The translations under genes were made by a program, and so were the position numbers. Shown piece after piece: positions 46,676 through 57,500 of a stretch of 64,000 bases of DNA (position 1 is its first letter; every line of letters begins with the position of its first letter). Under the pieces are notes generated by a model. That model worked only from the letters and a program-made list of their open reading frames with translations, was not told the DNA's origin and did not search any database. This stretch comes from Gemmataceae bacterium (GTDB lineage: Bacteria > Planctomycetota > Planctomycetia > Gemmatales > Gemmataceae): assembly GCA_043744695.1 (NCBI GenBank), contig JAYTUG010000292.1, forward strand, positions 785-64,784. The letters are read 5' to 3'.

Positions 46676-47779
46676 TCATTCCACCACGAGAACTGGCTTC
46701 CCCAGCACGTCCATTTTCGGCTGGATGCCGAGGCCCGGTGCGGTCGAAGCCGCCATGCGACCATTCGCACGTTGAGGGGCACCGTCCGCGAAACTGACCG
46801 TAACGTAGCTGTTGAAGTCCGTCGCCGTGAAGAACACTTCGGGCGGGCAACTGTGGGCGAGGTGAGCGATGGCCGCCGTCACGATGTCGCCGCCCCAACT
46901 ATCTTCGAGCGTCATGGCCACGCCGAGCGATGCACAGAGATCTCGGGCTTGCCGGGCCTTCGTGAGGCCTCCGAACTTGCTGATCTTAATGTTCACCACG
47001 TCCATCGCGCGGTCGGCATGGCCGCGGAGCAAGACATCCACCGAGTCGATCACCTCATCCAACACGAACGGATGATCGGTGTGTTGGCGAACGGTGAGGC
47101 ACTCTTCATAAGTGAGGCACGGCTGCTCGATGTAGACATCGACATCGCGAACGGCACGAACGACTCGCAAGGCGTCGTGCATGCGCCAGCCGGTGTTGGC
47201 GTCGGCCACGAGCCGATCGCCCGGCTTCAGTTGAGCGGCAACAGCATGTATACGTTCGATGTCCACATCGGGGTCGCCGCCGACCTTGAGTTGGAAGCGC
47301 CGATAGCCTTCCGCACGGTAGCCGGCGACCTTCGCGGCCATCGCCGATGGCTCTTCTTGCGAGATGGCGCGGTACAGCCCGATGTCGTCCCCATAGCGGC
47401 CGCCCAGCAGCACGCAAACTGGTTGGCCCGTTGCCTGGCCGAGCAGATCCCAGCAGGCCATGTCGAGTCCGGACTTCACGTAGGCGTGCCCCTTGAGTGC
47501 CGCATCCATGCGGCGATTCAACGCGCCGAGTTCGAGGGCATTTTCGCCAATCAGGTGGGGGCCCAGTTCCGCGAGCCCGGCGCGCACGCCGTTGGCATAG
47601 GCGGGTAAATAGAACGGACCCAGCGGGCAGACCTCGCCCCAACCGGTGAGCCCGGAATCGGTATCGACGCGCACCACCGTGCTGTCGAACACCGCGACCG
47701 CTTTGCCGCCGGACCAGCGATAGTTCCCCTCGCGCAAGGGTAGTTCAACGCGGTACGCCGAGATACGTTCGATTCGCAT
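46676..47779 (-). CDS. enolase-superfamily enzyme (mandelate racemase / muconate lactonizing enzyme family)
   Basis: 367 aa from [15 protein letters not shown], with [50 protein letters not shown]. Confidence 0.85.
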   Translation of the reverse strand: MRIERISAYRVELPLREGNYRWSGGKAVAVFDSTVVRVDTDSGLTGWGEVCPLGPFYLPAYANGVRAGLAELGPHLIGENALELGALNRRMDAALKGHAYVKSGLDMACWDLLGQATGQPVCVLLGGRYGDDIGLYRAISQEEPSAMAAKVAGYRAEGYRRFQLKVGGDPDVDIERIHAVAAQLKPGDRLVADANTGWRMHDALRVVRAVRDVDVYIEQPCLTYEECLTVRQHTDHPFVLDEVIDSVDVLLRGHADRAMDVVNIKISKFGGLTKARQARDLCASLGVAMTLEDSWGGDIVTAAIAHLAHSCPPEVFFTATDFNSYVTVSFADGAPQRANGRMAASTAPGLGIQPKMDVLGKPVLVVE

Positions 47780-47847
47780 ACTGAGGCTTTCACCCAGGCG
47801 GAGTGAAGTCGGTTTGACAACCGACGGTGTGACTGGATAATGAGTAT

Positions 47848-48054
47848 ATGAATGCAACGGAACGCGATGGGGTCGCCGTGGAATTGACGGCTCAACTTCG
47901 GATCGCCGCCGAGCGTGCGGCGAACGGTTCGCGCGAGCGCGCGCGAATGAAACTCGCCTGTGCGAACATGGATCGCATCCGGGATGAGATCCGTCGCGAG
48001 CACGGTGTTCTCGACATTGGCGTCCCCGCGATTCGCGAGCTTCGCGATTCATGA
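47848..48054 (+). CDS. putative VapB-type antitoxin
   Basis: 68-aa ORF with a 4-bp ATGA overlap onto the PIN toxin gene (48051-48054). Confidence 0.55.
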   Translation: MNATERDGVAVELTAQLRIAAERAANGSRERARMKLACANMDRIRDEIRREHGVLDIGVPAIRELRDS

Positions 48055-48476
48055 AATACGTCCTCGATTCTTCGGTGGCCTTCAAATGGCTCGTTCCGGA
48101 AGTGGACAGCGATAAAGCGGTGCTTCTGCGCGATGCGTATGTCAGCGGGTTTCACGATCTCATCGCGCCGGACATTTTCCCAACTGAAGTGACTCACGCT
48201 CTGACTCGCGCTGAGCGACAAGGACGCGTCGCGACAAGTCAGGGATCGCAATTGTTTCTCGATCTACTTCAAGTGCTGCCGATTCTCGACCCCGACCTAC
48301 CGCTGCTGCCCCGCGCTTATGAAATTTCCTCAGCGGCACGAATTGGAGTCTACGACTGCCTCTACGTTGCACTTGCCGAGCGAGAATCCTGCGAACTGAT
48401 CACCGCTGATGCAAGGCTTATTTCGAACCTTGCCCCGCGATTTCCCTTCATCGTCGCACTCGATTCGTTTCCCTAG
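48051..48476 (+). CDS. vapC: PIN-domain toxin, VapC family
   Basis: 141 aa. MKYVLDSSV (first acidic residue), ...TEVTHAL..., [19 protein letters not shown]: canonical PIN acidic quartet context. Confidence 0.85.
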   Translation: MKYVLDSSVAFKWLVPEVDSDKAVLLRDAYVSGFHDLIAPDIFPTEVTHALTRAERQGRVATSQGSQLFLDLLQVLPILDPDLPLLPRAYEISSAARIGVYDCLYVALAERESCELITADARLISNLAPRFPFIVALDSFP

Positions 48477-48571
48477 AATCCGCAAACCTGCTCGCCCCTT
48501 CTGCTATCATTCCCTCTGAGCCTCGCGCCGGCATCGGATAGGCTCGACAAAAAACCGGCGCACAATTTCCC

Positions 48572-49675
48572 ATGGCCGACGCCAAGCTCCGTCGGGCGAT
48601 TGCCTTCGAGGCCGCCCGACTCATGTACGAACGAATCGAGTCCGAGTACTTCACCGCGAAACGCAAGGCTTCCGCCCGAGTTTGCCGCGGGTCCGTCAAG
48701 CCGAGCGACCTGCCCTCGAACTCCGAAATCCGCGACCTGATCCAGGAATTCGCCCGCATCCACGAAGGCGAATCGCGCACCGCCAACCTCACCGAGATGC
48801 GGCTCGCCGCCCTCCGCCTGATGCGGTTGCTTTGCCGCTTCCGACCGCGCCTCATCGGCAGCGTCATGACCGGGCACACCCGCAAGGGCTCGGACATCGA
48901 CCTGCACCTCTTCAGCGATCACCTCGAACCGATTACGTCCGCGCTCGAAGAAGAAGGCCTCCAATACGACGTGGAACGCAAGCACCTCGAGAAGCACGGC
49001 GAAGCCCGCGTCTTCACGCACGTCCACGTTCACGATTCGTTCAAATTCGAACTCACGATTTATGCTGAAAATCAGGCGCATTACGTCTTCAAAAGTTCGA
49101 TCACCGGCAAGGCCATCGAACGGGCCAGCACCCGCGAACTCGAGGAACTCATTGCCCGCGAGCATCCCGAAGTGCAGATCGAAGAGGCACTCCTCGAACG
49201 CGAGGAAGCAGTCGATCCGCACCAGATGTTCCGCTTACTGCTGTTGCCGCTCAAAACGGTGAAGCAGAACCCGAAGTGGCATCCGGAAGGAGACGTGTTG
49301 TACCACTCGCTTCAGGTCTTCAAACTGGCCCGCGACGAGCGGCCGTGGGATGAGGAGTTCCTGCTGGCAGCCCTGCTGCACGACGTGGGCAAGGGGCTCG
49401 ACCCGTACGATCACGTCACGGCTGGCCTGCAGGCACTCGAAGGGCTCCTGACGCCGCGAACGTCATGGCTCATCGAGAACCACATGTTCGCACAAGAGTA
49501 CAAGGCGGGCACCCTCGGCCACCGGCAGCGACTCCGCCTCGAAGCCAACGAAGACTTCGACGACCTCATGCTTCTGCGCGAAGTGGACAACCGCGGCCGC
49601 GTTCGCGGAGCGCACGTCGGCACCGTGGACGAAGCGCTCGACTACTTGAAGGAACTGGAAAGCAGCAACCGGTAA
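48572..49675 (+). CDS. Pol-beta-type nucleotidyltransferase fused to an HD phosphohydrolase domain
   Basis: 367 aa. NTase motif GSVMTGHTRKGSDIDLHLF and an HD domain resembling the CCA-enzyme type (NPKWHPEGDVLYHSLQVF, LLHDVGK). Confidence 0.75.
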   Translation: MADAKLRRAIAFEAARLMYERIESEYFTAKRKASARVCRGSVKPSDLPSNSEIRDLIQEFARIHEGESRTANLTEMRLAALRLMRLLCRFRPRLIGSVMTGHTRKGSDIDLHLFSDHLEPITSALEEEGLQYDVERKHLEKHGEARVFTHVHVHDSFKFELTIYAENQAHYVFKSSITGKAIERASTRELEELIAREHPEVQIEEALLEREEAVDPHQMFRLLLLPLKTVKQNPKWHPEGDVLYHSLQVFKLARDERPWDEEFLLAALLHDVGKGLDPYDHVTAGLQALEGLLTPRTSWLIENHMFAQEYKAGTLGHRQRLRLEANEDFDDLMLLREVDNRGRVRGAHVGTVDEALDYLKELESSNR

Positions 49676-49920
49676 CGCGGATTGTGCGTTGTTACAGAAT
49701 TCGTTCCGACAGCCCTTGCGTCGCGCTTGCCCGCGCGTTACTTTCGGCGAATTCCCATCTGACGAGTGTGCTTTTCTCCCGGAAGGTTCCTCATGTCGAT
49801 TCTCGATCTCACCCGCCGCATGTTTCGCCGCGCGGCCACCCAAACGCTTTCGAGCAAACCCCGCAACTCGACACGCCGAGAAGATGGAAGTGGAATGCCG
49901 TGAACAGTTCCTGGGTGGAG

Positions 49921-50130
49921 ATGCCCCACGACTACTGTGTTGGTGTTACTACCCAGGAGTTGCTGAAACTGGCGACTTATCACGAGGTGCTTCACAGCTT
50001 CGGCCTCAAGCATGCGATGCCTCCCGGCCCCGGCGATGAAGGGATCATGAAGTACGATAATATGTTTTCTGGTGTCGATATTGAACTGACGCCTGCTCAG
50101 CTCAATATTATCCGCCGTACGTGGAGCTAG
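49921..50130 (+). pseudogene. metzincin-motif gene fragment (HExxHxxGxxH)
   Basis: 69-aa ORF containing HEVLHSFGLKH followed by ...IMKY (Met-turn-like). It is too short for a protease domain. A Tat-like 36-aa ORF (49793, MSILDLTRRMFRRAA...) lies just upstream in another frame. AT-richer region. Confidence 0.3.
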
Positions 50131-50203
50131 GCTCCCGAACAATGGCTCTATTGCGAACATTGGGGCGCGATCCATTCAACCGAGTCTGAGAGGAGGTGAG
50201 TCA

Positions 50204-51076
50204 TTGTATACCGCATTCATCGTCGCAGGCCTCGCGACATTCCCAGCTTCCGATCTGCGCGCTCCAGTCTCAATCACAGTCCACCTGGAGGTGAAGCAGA
50301 TCGCGGTCGGCGATCCACTGTTGGTGAAAACGGTCGTGAAAAATACGTCGCAGAGGGCACTCAGTTTCGAACCGCCGCTGTCGGTTGTGGGCGGCAACCT
50401 GATGTTCGCGGTCAAAGGCCCGAACGATACCGATTTTTTCACCCTCCCTCTACCGGCTATCTATGACCTGCCTCCATTCCGTTCGTTTGATGCAGCTGCG
50501 GAGTTCGCGAGTTACGACTACCTGTTCCGGTACGAACAGAGGCGCCGGAAGATGGTCGGTGTATCGACCATCTTCTCGCGCGCGGGAACCTGGTACATTC
50601 GAGCCACGGTGGCGGTCGAGTCGACCACATTTCATTCGGAGCCCGTGGCAATCAAGGTTATCGACCGCACGGATCGGTCCGGTGCCGCACTAGATGGTTG
50701 CGCGAAATCTTTTGCCTTCCTCCTCGCTCACCCCATTCGGCCTCCCACTCTCGGGGAGCTGGAAATGCTCTCCAAGGCTGAGTCGGAACTGGCCGCAACG
50801 AATGCCGCAGCTGCCATTCAACGAATGCAGGTGCTGGGTGAATTGCACTACGCGAAGACGGCCGAGCAACGAGAGAAGGCCGAGGTGCGGCTCGCGGAAT
50901 ATACGCAGAAACTCGGCGTCGTACAGAAGGAATACACCGAGTTGGTCCGCGGAATTGTTTATCTCGAACGGAAGGAGTATCCGCAGGTGCGCAAGCACTT
51001 AAGAGGTATTTCTGCCTCGTCGGCTATTAGAGCCTACCTATATGGATCTCTCCACGTGCTCGATCCTCAACGTTAA
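50204..51076 (+). CDS. hypothetical protein (orphan, lower G+C)
   Basis: 290 aa with a TTG start 7 nt after a strong AGGAGG. The N-terminal half is beta-rich and the C-terminal half helical. No domain recognised. Confidence 0.55.
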   Translation: MYTAFIVAGLATFPASDLRAPVSITVHLEVKQIAVGDPLLVKTVVKNTSQRALSFEPPLSVVGGNLMFAVKGPNDTDFFTLPLPAIYDLPPFRSFDAAAEFASYDYLFRYEQRRRKMVGVSTIFSRAGTWYIRATVAVESTTFHSEPVAIKVIDRTDRSGAALDGCAKSFAFLLAHPIRPPTLGELEMLSKAESELAATNAAAAIQRMQVLGELHYAKTAEQREKAEVRLAEYTQKLGVVQKEYTELVRGIVYLERKEYPQVRKHLRGISASSAIRAYLYGSLHVLDPQR

Positions 51077-51242
51077 CGGGTAATTGTCGAGCTAGGGACA
51101 ACGTTATTATGCCTTCCCCTCCTTCCTCCTGAGTCGTGCTCATTCCCATCGGTGGGTATCTCGATCCCGCATTTCACTCCTCGCACGTGTCCCGCCGCGG
51201 GATGTAGAGATTCTATCGGCTCCACCTCTTAAGATAGACCCA

Positions 51243-52067
51243 ATGGCGCATCCACTCGTCCTCTTCGTGCAGGCCGCGTCCGCCCGGACCTATCCGCGGG
51301 TGGCGTGGCTCTTCCGCAGCCGGTCGTGGATCGTTCAAGAAACGATCCTGCCGATCCTCTCGGTCTCGGCGTTCGCGTACTCGTACCAGGCGATGGGGGC
51401 ACCGCCCGAGTACACCGGCGTGCTCGTGCTCGGGGCCGCGATGGCCACCTTCTGGCTCAACGTGCTCTGGGGCATGGGCGCGACCGTGTACTGGGAACGC
51501 GACTCGGGCAACCTCGAACTGTACATCATGTCGCCCGCCCCGATGATGGGCATCCTCACCGGCATGGCCCTCGGCGGCATGACCACGACCGTCGTGCGCG
51601 CCGCGGTCATTACAATCACCGGTGTCGTCGCATTCGACGTGCCGCTACAACCTTCAAACTGGTGGCTGCTCGTTGCCGTCTTCTTCCTCACGCTCGCGGC
51701 GCTGTACGGCCTCGGGATGATGTTCGCCTCGCTCTTCCTGATGTGGGGCCGCGAGGCGTGGCACCTCGTGAGCCTGCTGCAGGAACCGATCTACCTGATG
51801 AGCGGCACGAACTTCCCGCTCGCTCCGATTTTGGAACGCCTCGGTGCGCGGGCACTAGTCTTCGTGGTGGCCGCGTTGCCGCTGGCGACTGGCATGGATG
51901 CCATGCGGCAGGTGCTGTTCCGCACGCCGGGCTTGTTCGAGGTCGAGTACGAAATCGCGGTGCTGGCCGCGATGGCGGTGGGGTTCTTCTTCGCGGCGCG
52001 TTGGCTTCTGAACGACCTAGAACGCCGAGCCCGCGAAGAGGGTAAGCTCACGATCCGCTGGCAGTGA
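51243..52067 (+). CDS. ABC-2-type transporter permease
   Basis: 274 aa with 6 TM-like segments and typical ABC-2 permease organisation (SWIVQETILPILSVSAFAY...). No ATPase gene is adjacent. Confidence 0.75.
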   Translation: MAHPLVLFVQAASARTYPRVAWLFRSRSWIVQETILPILSVSAFAYSYQAMGAPPEYTGVLVLGAAMATFWLNVLWGMGATVYWERDSGNLELYIMSPAPMMGILTGMALGGMTTTVVRAAVITITGVVAFDVPLQPSNWWLLVAVFFLTLAALYGLGMMFASLFLMWGREAWHLVSLLQEPIYLMSGTNFPLAPILERLGARALVFVVAALPLATGMDAMRQVLFRTPGLFEVEYEIAVLAAMAVGFFFAARWLLNDLERRAREEGKLTIRWQ

Positions 52068-52090
52068 TCACTTACCAACAGGAGGTTCCC

Positions 52091-52756
52091 ATGTCTCGAG
52101 TTCTTGGAGCATTCATCGTGTGGCTCTGCGCCGCGGCGCTGGCTCAGGCCCACTTCCCGTTCATCGTGCCCGAAGCCGATGGCAACACGGCGAAAGTCGT
52201 CTTCAGCGACAATCTCTTGCCGGACGCCGAGGTGAAGATCGAGAAGCTCGAAGGCACGAAGCTCTTCCTCCGCGACAGCGGTGGGAAGGACTCGCCCCTC
52301 GAGTGGAAGAAGGGTGAAGGCTTCTACGAAGTGAAACTTCCCGGCAGTGGCCCCCGCGTAGCTTACGGCATCACGGAGTACGGCGTACTCCAAAAGGGCG
52401 ACGCCAAGCCGTTCCGGCTCGTCTACTTCCCCAAGGCAATCCTCGGCGGCGCGGCTGGTAAAGAGATCGGTGGCGCACTCAAAGTGGAGATCGTGCCCGC
52501 GACTCAGGCGGACAAGACCCGCTTCCTCGTCGTTCACGAAGGGAAACCCGTGGCCGAGGCCGAGGTGACGGTCCTGGTTCCGGGCGAAGCGAAGAAGACT
52601 GCGAAGACCGACAAGGACGGCTACACGCCGGCTTACGAGGCGAAAGGTCGCTACGGCGTCTTTGCCCGAGTGACTGAAAGCAAGGCCGGTGAACACGCAG
52701 GCAAGAAGTACGAGGAGACGCGGTTCTACGCCACGCTTGTGGTGGATGTGAAGTAG
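52091..52756 (+). CDS. DUF4198 domain protein (periplasmic, NikM-like fold)
   Basis: Start at MSRVLGAFIVWLCAAALAQAHF, preceded by AGGAGG. The mature protein starts with His, and the beta-rich body with VEIVP...GKPVAEAEVTV is typical of DUF4198. Confidence 0.7.
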   Translation: MSRVLGAFIVWLCAAALAQAHFPFIVPEADGNTAKVVFSDNLLPDAEVKIEKLEGTKLFLRDSGGKDSPLEWKKGEGFYEVKLPGSGPRVAYGITEYGVLQKGDAKPFRLVYFPKAILGGAAGKEIGGALKVEIVPATQADKTRFLVVHEGKPVAEAEVTVLVPGEAKKTAKTDKDGYTPAYEAKGRYGVFARVTESKAGEHAGKKYEETRFYATLVVDVK

Positions 52757-52767
52757 ACGAGCGGCTT

Positions 52768-52823
52768 GCCGCTTGCGGCTTCGCGATGATCTCTGAGGAT
52801 GGCATCGCGAAGCCGCCAGCGGC
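52768..52823. repeat. REP-like inverted pair (same unit family as 34036-34109) between convergent genes
   Basis: GCCGCTTGCGGCTTCGCGATG (52768-88) against CATCGCGAAGCCGCCAGCGGC (52803-23): 20/21 complementary with a 14-nt spacer. Confidence 0.75.
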
Positions 52824-52826
52824 AAA

Positions 52827-54317
52827 TTATCGGTTGAGGCCTGCGGAGGCTGCGGCCCGGATCTTCGCATCCGGATCGGTCTGGGCTGCTGACTTCAGCG
52901 TCGCCATCGCTTCCGGCGTCGCGACCTTGCAGCGAACCAAGGCTTTGATCGTCGCCGACCGAACCGGCACGCTGGACGAACTCGCTCCGGCAGAGATCAG
53001 TTCGTTCGCCAGTCCGGGGTTCGTTCGCAAATCCTCGGCGCTGAGTTGGTCGATCCCCTCTGCCAGTTCCGACACGGGCACGAGTCCCTTCATCATCTTC
53101 GTCACCTGCTCACCGCGGTTCACCTGCGGCGTCGCGTGGCTCACGGGCATCGTCTTCGCGGCCTGCACCATTGGAGTCGGTCCGGCGTAGGTCGGGAGCT
53201 TGGCCGCGACGACGGGAGGCACCACCAAACCCTTCGACATGGCCGGTTGAACGACCGCCATGGGAGTCGCTTCGGGAACGGTGTGGTGAACGACCACGTT
53301 CGTCGAACCCATCGGCCGCGAGGCGATCGGCGTGACGCCGGGAACCGTGGGCTTCGACGAGAAGGCGTTCATCAGCGTGGAAGGGCGCGGTGATCGCAGG
53401 CTGGCGAGTTCCGGGCCGGGCTCGCCGGCCGCCATCAGATCGTGCTGGTTGATCGTCGGCCCGGCAACTTCCATCGGAATCGCGATCAACAGTGCCTTGC
53501 GGGCGTCCGCGATGATCTCGGCCGACGGCATCTTCGCGACGCGGTTGTAGTACCCCTCCGCCATCGAGCCTTCTTTGCCCTTCTTTAGGTCTTCGCCCTT
53601 CTCGATGATCTTGGGCAGCGGGGCCGGATCGAGCTTCGGCAGCGGTGCCGGCGTCTTGTCGCAGTTCTTGTCCGGGCACTTCGATTCCATGTCGCAGAAG
53701 CACGTGAGGCAGTGTTCCAGAGCGGCCTGGGCCGCAGCGCGAACCCGGGCCGACTTCTCAGCAGGGAAGCCGTCGCAGTCCGTGCCCGAAGCGGCTTCGG
53801 CGAGTGCCTTGATCACCTTCTTGGTACAACAGCAACCGTTGAGCAGCACGTTGGCCGCTTGCAGTCGCACGCACTCGTTGCGGTCGCCGCGGAGAGCACC
53901 GATCAAGGCGTCCTCGGCTTCCGGCCAATAGTGGCAATCGACCGTTCCGAGGTACTCGACCGCCGCCATCCGCTTCTCGGCGTTGGCCCGGTCGAGCTTC
54001 ACTTGTGAAGCCGCACCCACGGCACCGGGCGCTTGTAATTCGGCCAAGCTCGGCGATTTGAGGCGCGCATTCGGCAGGATGCGCTGACGCAGTTGGCCCA
54101 GCGTCGAATCCGCGTTGCCTCGCTGCCGGTACTCGCGCTGATCCGCCGAGACACCCAGAAAGCTTCCCAGCGTATTCTGCGTCGGCATCGCCGGACGCGG
54201 AGCAATGCCCACGGGGCCGGGGCCAGGCAGCGGGGCCAGGGCAATCGGCGGTTGAGCCACGGCGATGGACGATAGGCCGACAGCGGCCAGACCGAGAGCG
54301 TATCGTTTCAAGCTCAC
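52827..54317 (-). CDS. Cys-rich HEAT-repeat-like secreted protein
   Basis: GTG start at 54317 preceded by AAGGAG, with a signal-like SLKRYALGLAAVGLSSIAVA. HEAT-like segments (RLQAANVLL, RVRAAAQAAL, DAKIRAAASAGL) and a Cys cluster (NGCCCTKK, CLTCFCDMESKCPDKNC). Confidence 0.6.
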   Translation of the reverse strand: MSLKRYALGLAAVGLSSIAVAQPPIALAPLPGPGPVGIAPRPAMPTQNTLGSFLGVSADQREYRQRGNADSTLGQLRQRILPNARLKSPSLAELQAPGAVGAASQVKLDRANAEKRMAAVEYLGTVDCHYWPEAEDALIGALRGDRNECVRLQAANVLLNGCCCTKKVIKALAEAASGTDCDGFPAEKSARVRAAAQAALEHCLTCFCDMESKCPDKNCDKTPAPLPKLDPAPLPKIIEKGEDLKKGKEGSMAEGYYNRVAKMPSAEIIADARKALLIAIPMEVAGPTINQHDLMAAGEPGPELASLRSPRPSTLMNAFSSKPTVPGVTPIASRPMGSTNVVVHHTVPEATPMAVVQPAMSKGLVVPPVVAAKLPTYAGPTPMVQAAKTMPVSHATPQVNRGEQVTKMMKGLVPVSELAEGIDQLSAEDLRTNPGLANELISAGASSSSVPVRSATIKALVRCKVATPEAMATLKSAAQTDPDAKIRAAASAGLNR

Positions 54318-54543
54318 GATCGGACTCCTTTTTCTGAAGACGGAAGGTGCTGGGGCGAAGCGGAGCGCCCTACCTTCCCCGACCCGCCGACATCGGCTGC
54401 GTAGGGAAGGCAATACAGCGGTTAGCTGGAAGATACTTCGGCCAACGAAAGCCCGGGTCTTGAGGAAGAATGAGGCCGAACCGATTGTTCCCGCGAAATA
54501 GGTTGGCGGGGTTGAAAGGGTAAAGTGGGATGGAGCGGACGCT

Positions 54544-57500
54544 TCACTCGATTAGCGTGACCTGCACGCCGCTCTGGGCGATGCGTTCGAGGGCGCTCTT
54601 CATCTTCGAGATGCGTACGTCGTACGCGCCGGTGATGATCTGTTCGGTGGGAATGCTCGCGCTCGGCGGGTCCGCGGTGCCGACCGTTCCCGCCGAGGTG
54701 TTGCCCACTTGCTGAACGCGAAGTAAGAAGCGCAGCGCGTCTTGTCCTTCCTGGCTGATCGCACCCGTATCGTAGCCGCTGAAGACGTCGCCGAAGGCGA
54801 TGGCGTAAACGCGGGCCGGTGCGTTCGGCAGGCTGAACCCGCTGGTGTTCGTCGATGAGACGGGCGCGACGATGCGTTCCACGACCTTGACGGCGTACTG
54901 GCCGTTAAAGCCTTGTGCCCCACCTCTCACCAGATTTGGGTCGAGCGTCCACGATTCCACCGTTTGACTCGTTGCGTATCTCGTGTCCGATCCGGTTCCA
55001 CTGACAGCCCATTTGCCTTTCGCGTTCGGCTTGCCGTCCGTTTCGAAGATCACGATCTTCGAAGCCCCGCGCCGCCCGCCACTCCCGTAATTTCCCGAGG
55101 AGAGGAGCGTCGAGGAGTTCGAGAGCATGTTGAACCCGAGCGCGAGTCCCGAATTCGCATCGGTACCGCCTTTCGAGTTTGGAATTGCGTCGATGTCGTC
55201 TCCGAAGACCGCCGTGTACGGTCGATGCTCGATCGTCGAAGCGGTCTTCGACCCCGAAGTGATTTTCGACTTCATGTCCGCGACGGCATCCTTCCGGAAG
55301 AAAAGAACGTTCTTGAGCGAATACCAATCTTGCCCCATCGGTGCGAGCGGGCTGCTGAAGTTGCCGCGAGTGGCGAACCCGGCGATGCCGCAGTAGTCGT
55401 TGGGGTGGTTCTTGCGAATGTCGTCGAGCACGGAATTGACGGCGGCCTTCAACTGCCAGCACTGGCTCTCGTGCGTGGTTCCCGACCACCACGGGCGATC
55501 CTCCGAGGAGAGTTTTAAGAAGTAGAGCATGCTCTGCGGGCCGAACCAGAAGTTCATGCGAGGGCGGTTTGCATTGTCCGCGGAGTTCATGTACGGCTTC
55601 GGGTTCGGGGGCATCGGGCCACTGCCATCCGGATCGAAGCTCGCGGTCGGCGCGATGGCGAGCGTGCCGAACGGATTGCGAGACTCGACGCCGGCCATCA
55701 TCGCGGCGGCGGGATAGCCCGTGTTCGCGGGATTTCCCCAAGTGCAGAGCGGGGCGTTGGTCGCGTCGAAGGATTCGACGCCGAGGATGAAGTGGACGTA
55801 CTCGCGCCAGAAGGTGCGGTCGTTCGCATCGCCCGAACCTCCGGTGGTGAGGTCCGAGGGAATGGACGAATAGTAGAGGATGCGGCCGGAGCGCAGATTG
55901 GAAGGCAGCGTTTGCGGGCCGGACTTGAGCCAGGCGATGATAGCTGGGTAGTTCAGCCGGTAGTAGCCGGGGCAGTTGTTCTCGCTAAAGCCCGATGTCA
56001 CCGCGGTGACCACTGAGTTCAATGTGTGGCCGTTTGAAGTGCGGAACAGGATCGCGTTGATGTCGTCCGTCTGGGGGTTGAAGGCCGCGCCGTTTCCCTT
56101 GAGGAAGAATCGCCGCCGCCAGTCGCACATCGGCTTACCAGCAACATCGAACGCGGGGTTCGCCGGATTCGGGCTCGCCACATTCGCGGCCATGTCGAAG
56201 CGCGGATCCGGCGGCCAAATGAAGAACGTCTTCCCCCAGTAACCCGGCCCCATCGACGAACCCTGAAACGTGCCGGCGTTCACCTTCACCGTTTTGTTCG
56301 TGAAGCTGGTTTGTGCGCGGAGAAAGCTCACATCGAGGTCGTAGCCGTACTTCTCCCAGATGGCATCGTAGAGGTTCGCGTCCGAGTCGCCGCCGTCCTT
56401 GGTGTTGCCGTTGGCGAGCAGGGTGTTGGCCTTCGAACCCGAGGGTAACGTGTAAAGCGTGAGGTCGCGGGCTGCGAGTGTGGAGCCGAGAAATTGCTTC
56501 AGCGTATAGGCACCCTGATCGGCAAAGGTGTTGCCGCCGAGTGTACTCCAGGCGCTGGCCTGACCACCGCGACTGCCGTCCGTTCGGGGCCACTTGTCGC
56601 CCACGTAGGGAATCGAGCTATCCGATTGCACGTCGAAGTTGTCCGGAGCCGGGCACGCGGCGGTCGAGGCGTTGTAGGCTCCGGAGGTGGGATCCCACAT
56701 CTTGAAGGCGTTCTTGACTGGCGTGGACTGCCCAACTGCGGACGGATCTCCGGGTGCCGTGAGGAAGTCTTCGATCACGGGTGGGCCACCGCCGGTGGCC
56801 ATCGTGTGGTTCGCGGGGCTATAGACGCCGCTCGCATCCGAGTAGTTGCCCTTCATCTGAAGTGGGTTGGGCCGCGCCGACACGGTTGAAGAAGCCGCCC
56901 CGCTTGCCGACGAATCGGTGACGGTGTTTTGATAGTAAGCGTAGCGTGCGTAGTGCCCGAACTTCGGATACGCGGGGTCGGGGTTCATGAGCCCTTCGCT
57001 GGCGATCACGCTGCTGTTGGGCCACTTCAGGGTCGAGCCGAAGCCCATCGAACCCGTGAAGTCCAACACAAACGCGATATCGCGGGGGCGATGCACTGCG
57101 GTAGCGACCGCGCCCGTCGGCATCGAGGTCACGCCCATCACTCGCATAAAATACGTCGGCTGCTGCGCCGCGAGTTCCACCCGCACCGCGGACCACGAAT
57201 CGCCCGCCGTCACCGAACCGGGATAGCTCACCTTGAAGCGCTGCGTGCTGGAATCGTACTTAAACTGGCCCGGCGTCACCGAAGCGATCTCGCCATCGAT
57301 CACGTATCGGCTCAGGTGCGGGTTCGCCTTCGCGGCGGAACGGGCCGCGTCGATCGCAGCAGTTCGGTTCGTGTCCGTGGTGTTTTCCTGATTGTTCAAA
57401 TTGCGAGCGCCGACGAGGGCCGCCACGTCGGCTGCATTCTGGCACTGCGTCCGCGAGACGGCGAGCATGCCCAGATCCACGGCCAACGCGACGAATCCGA

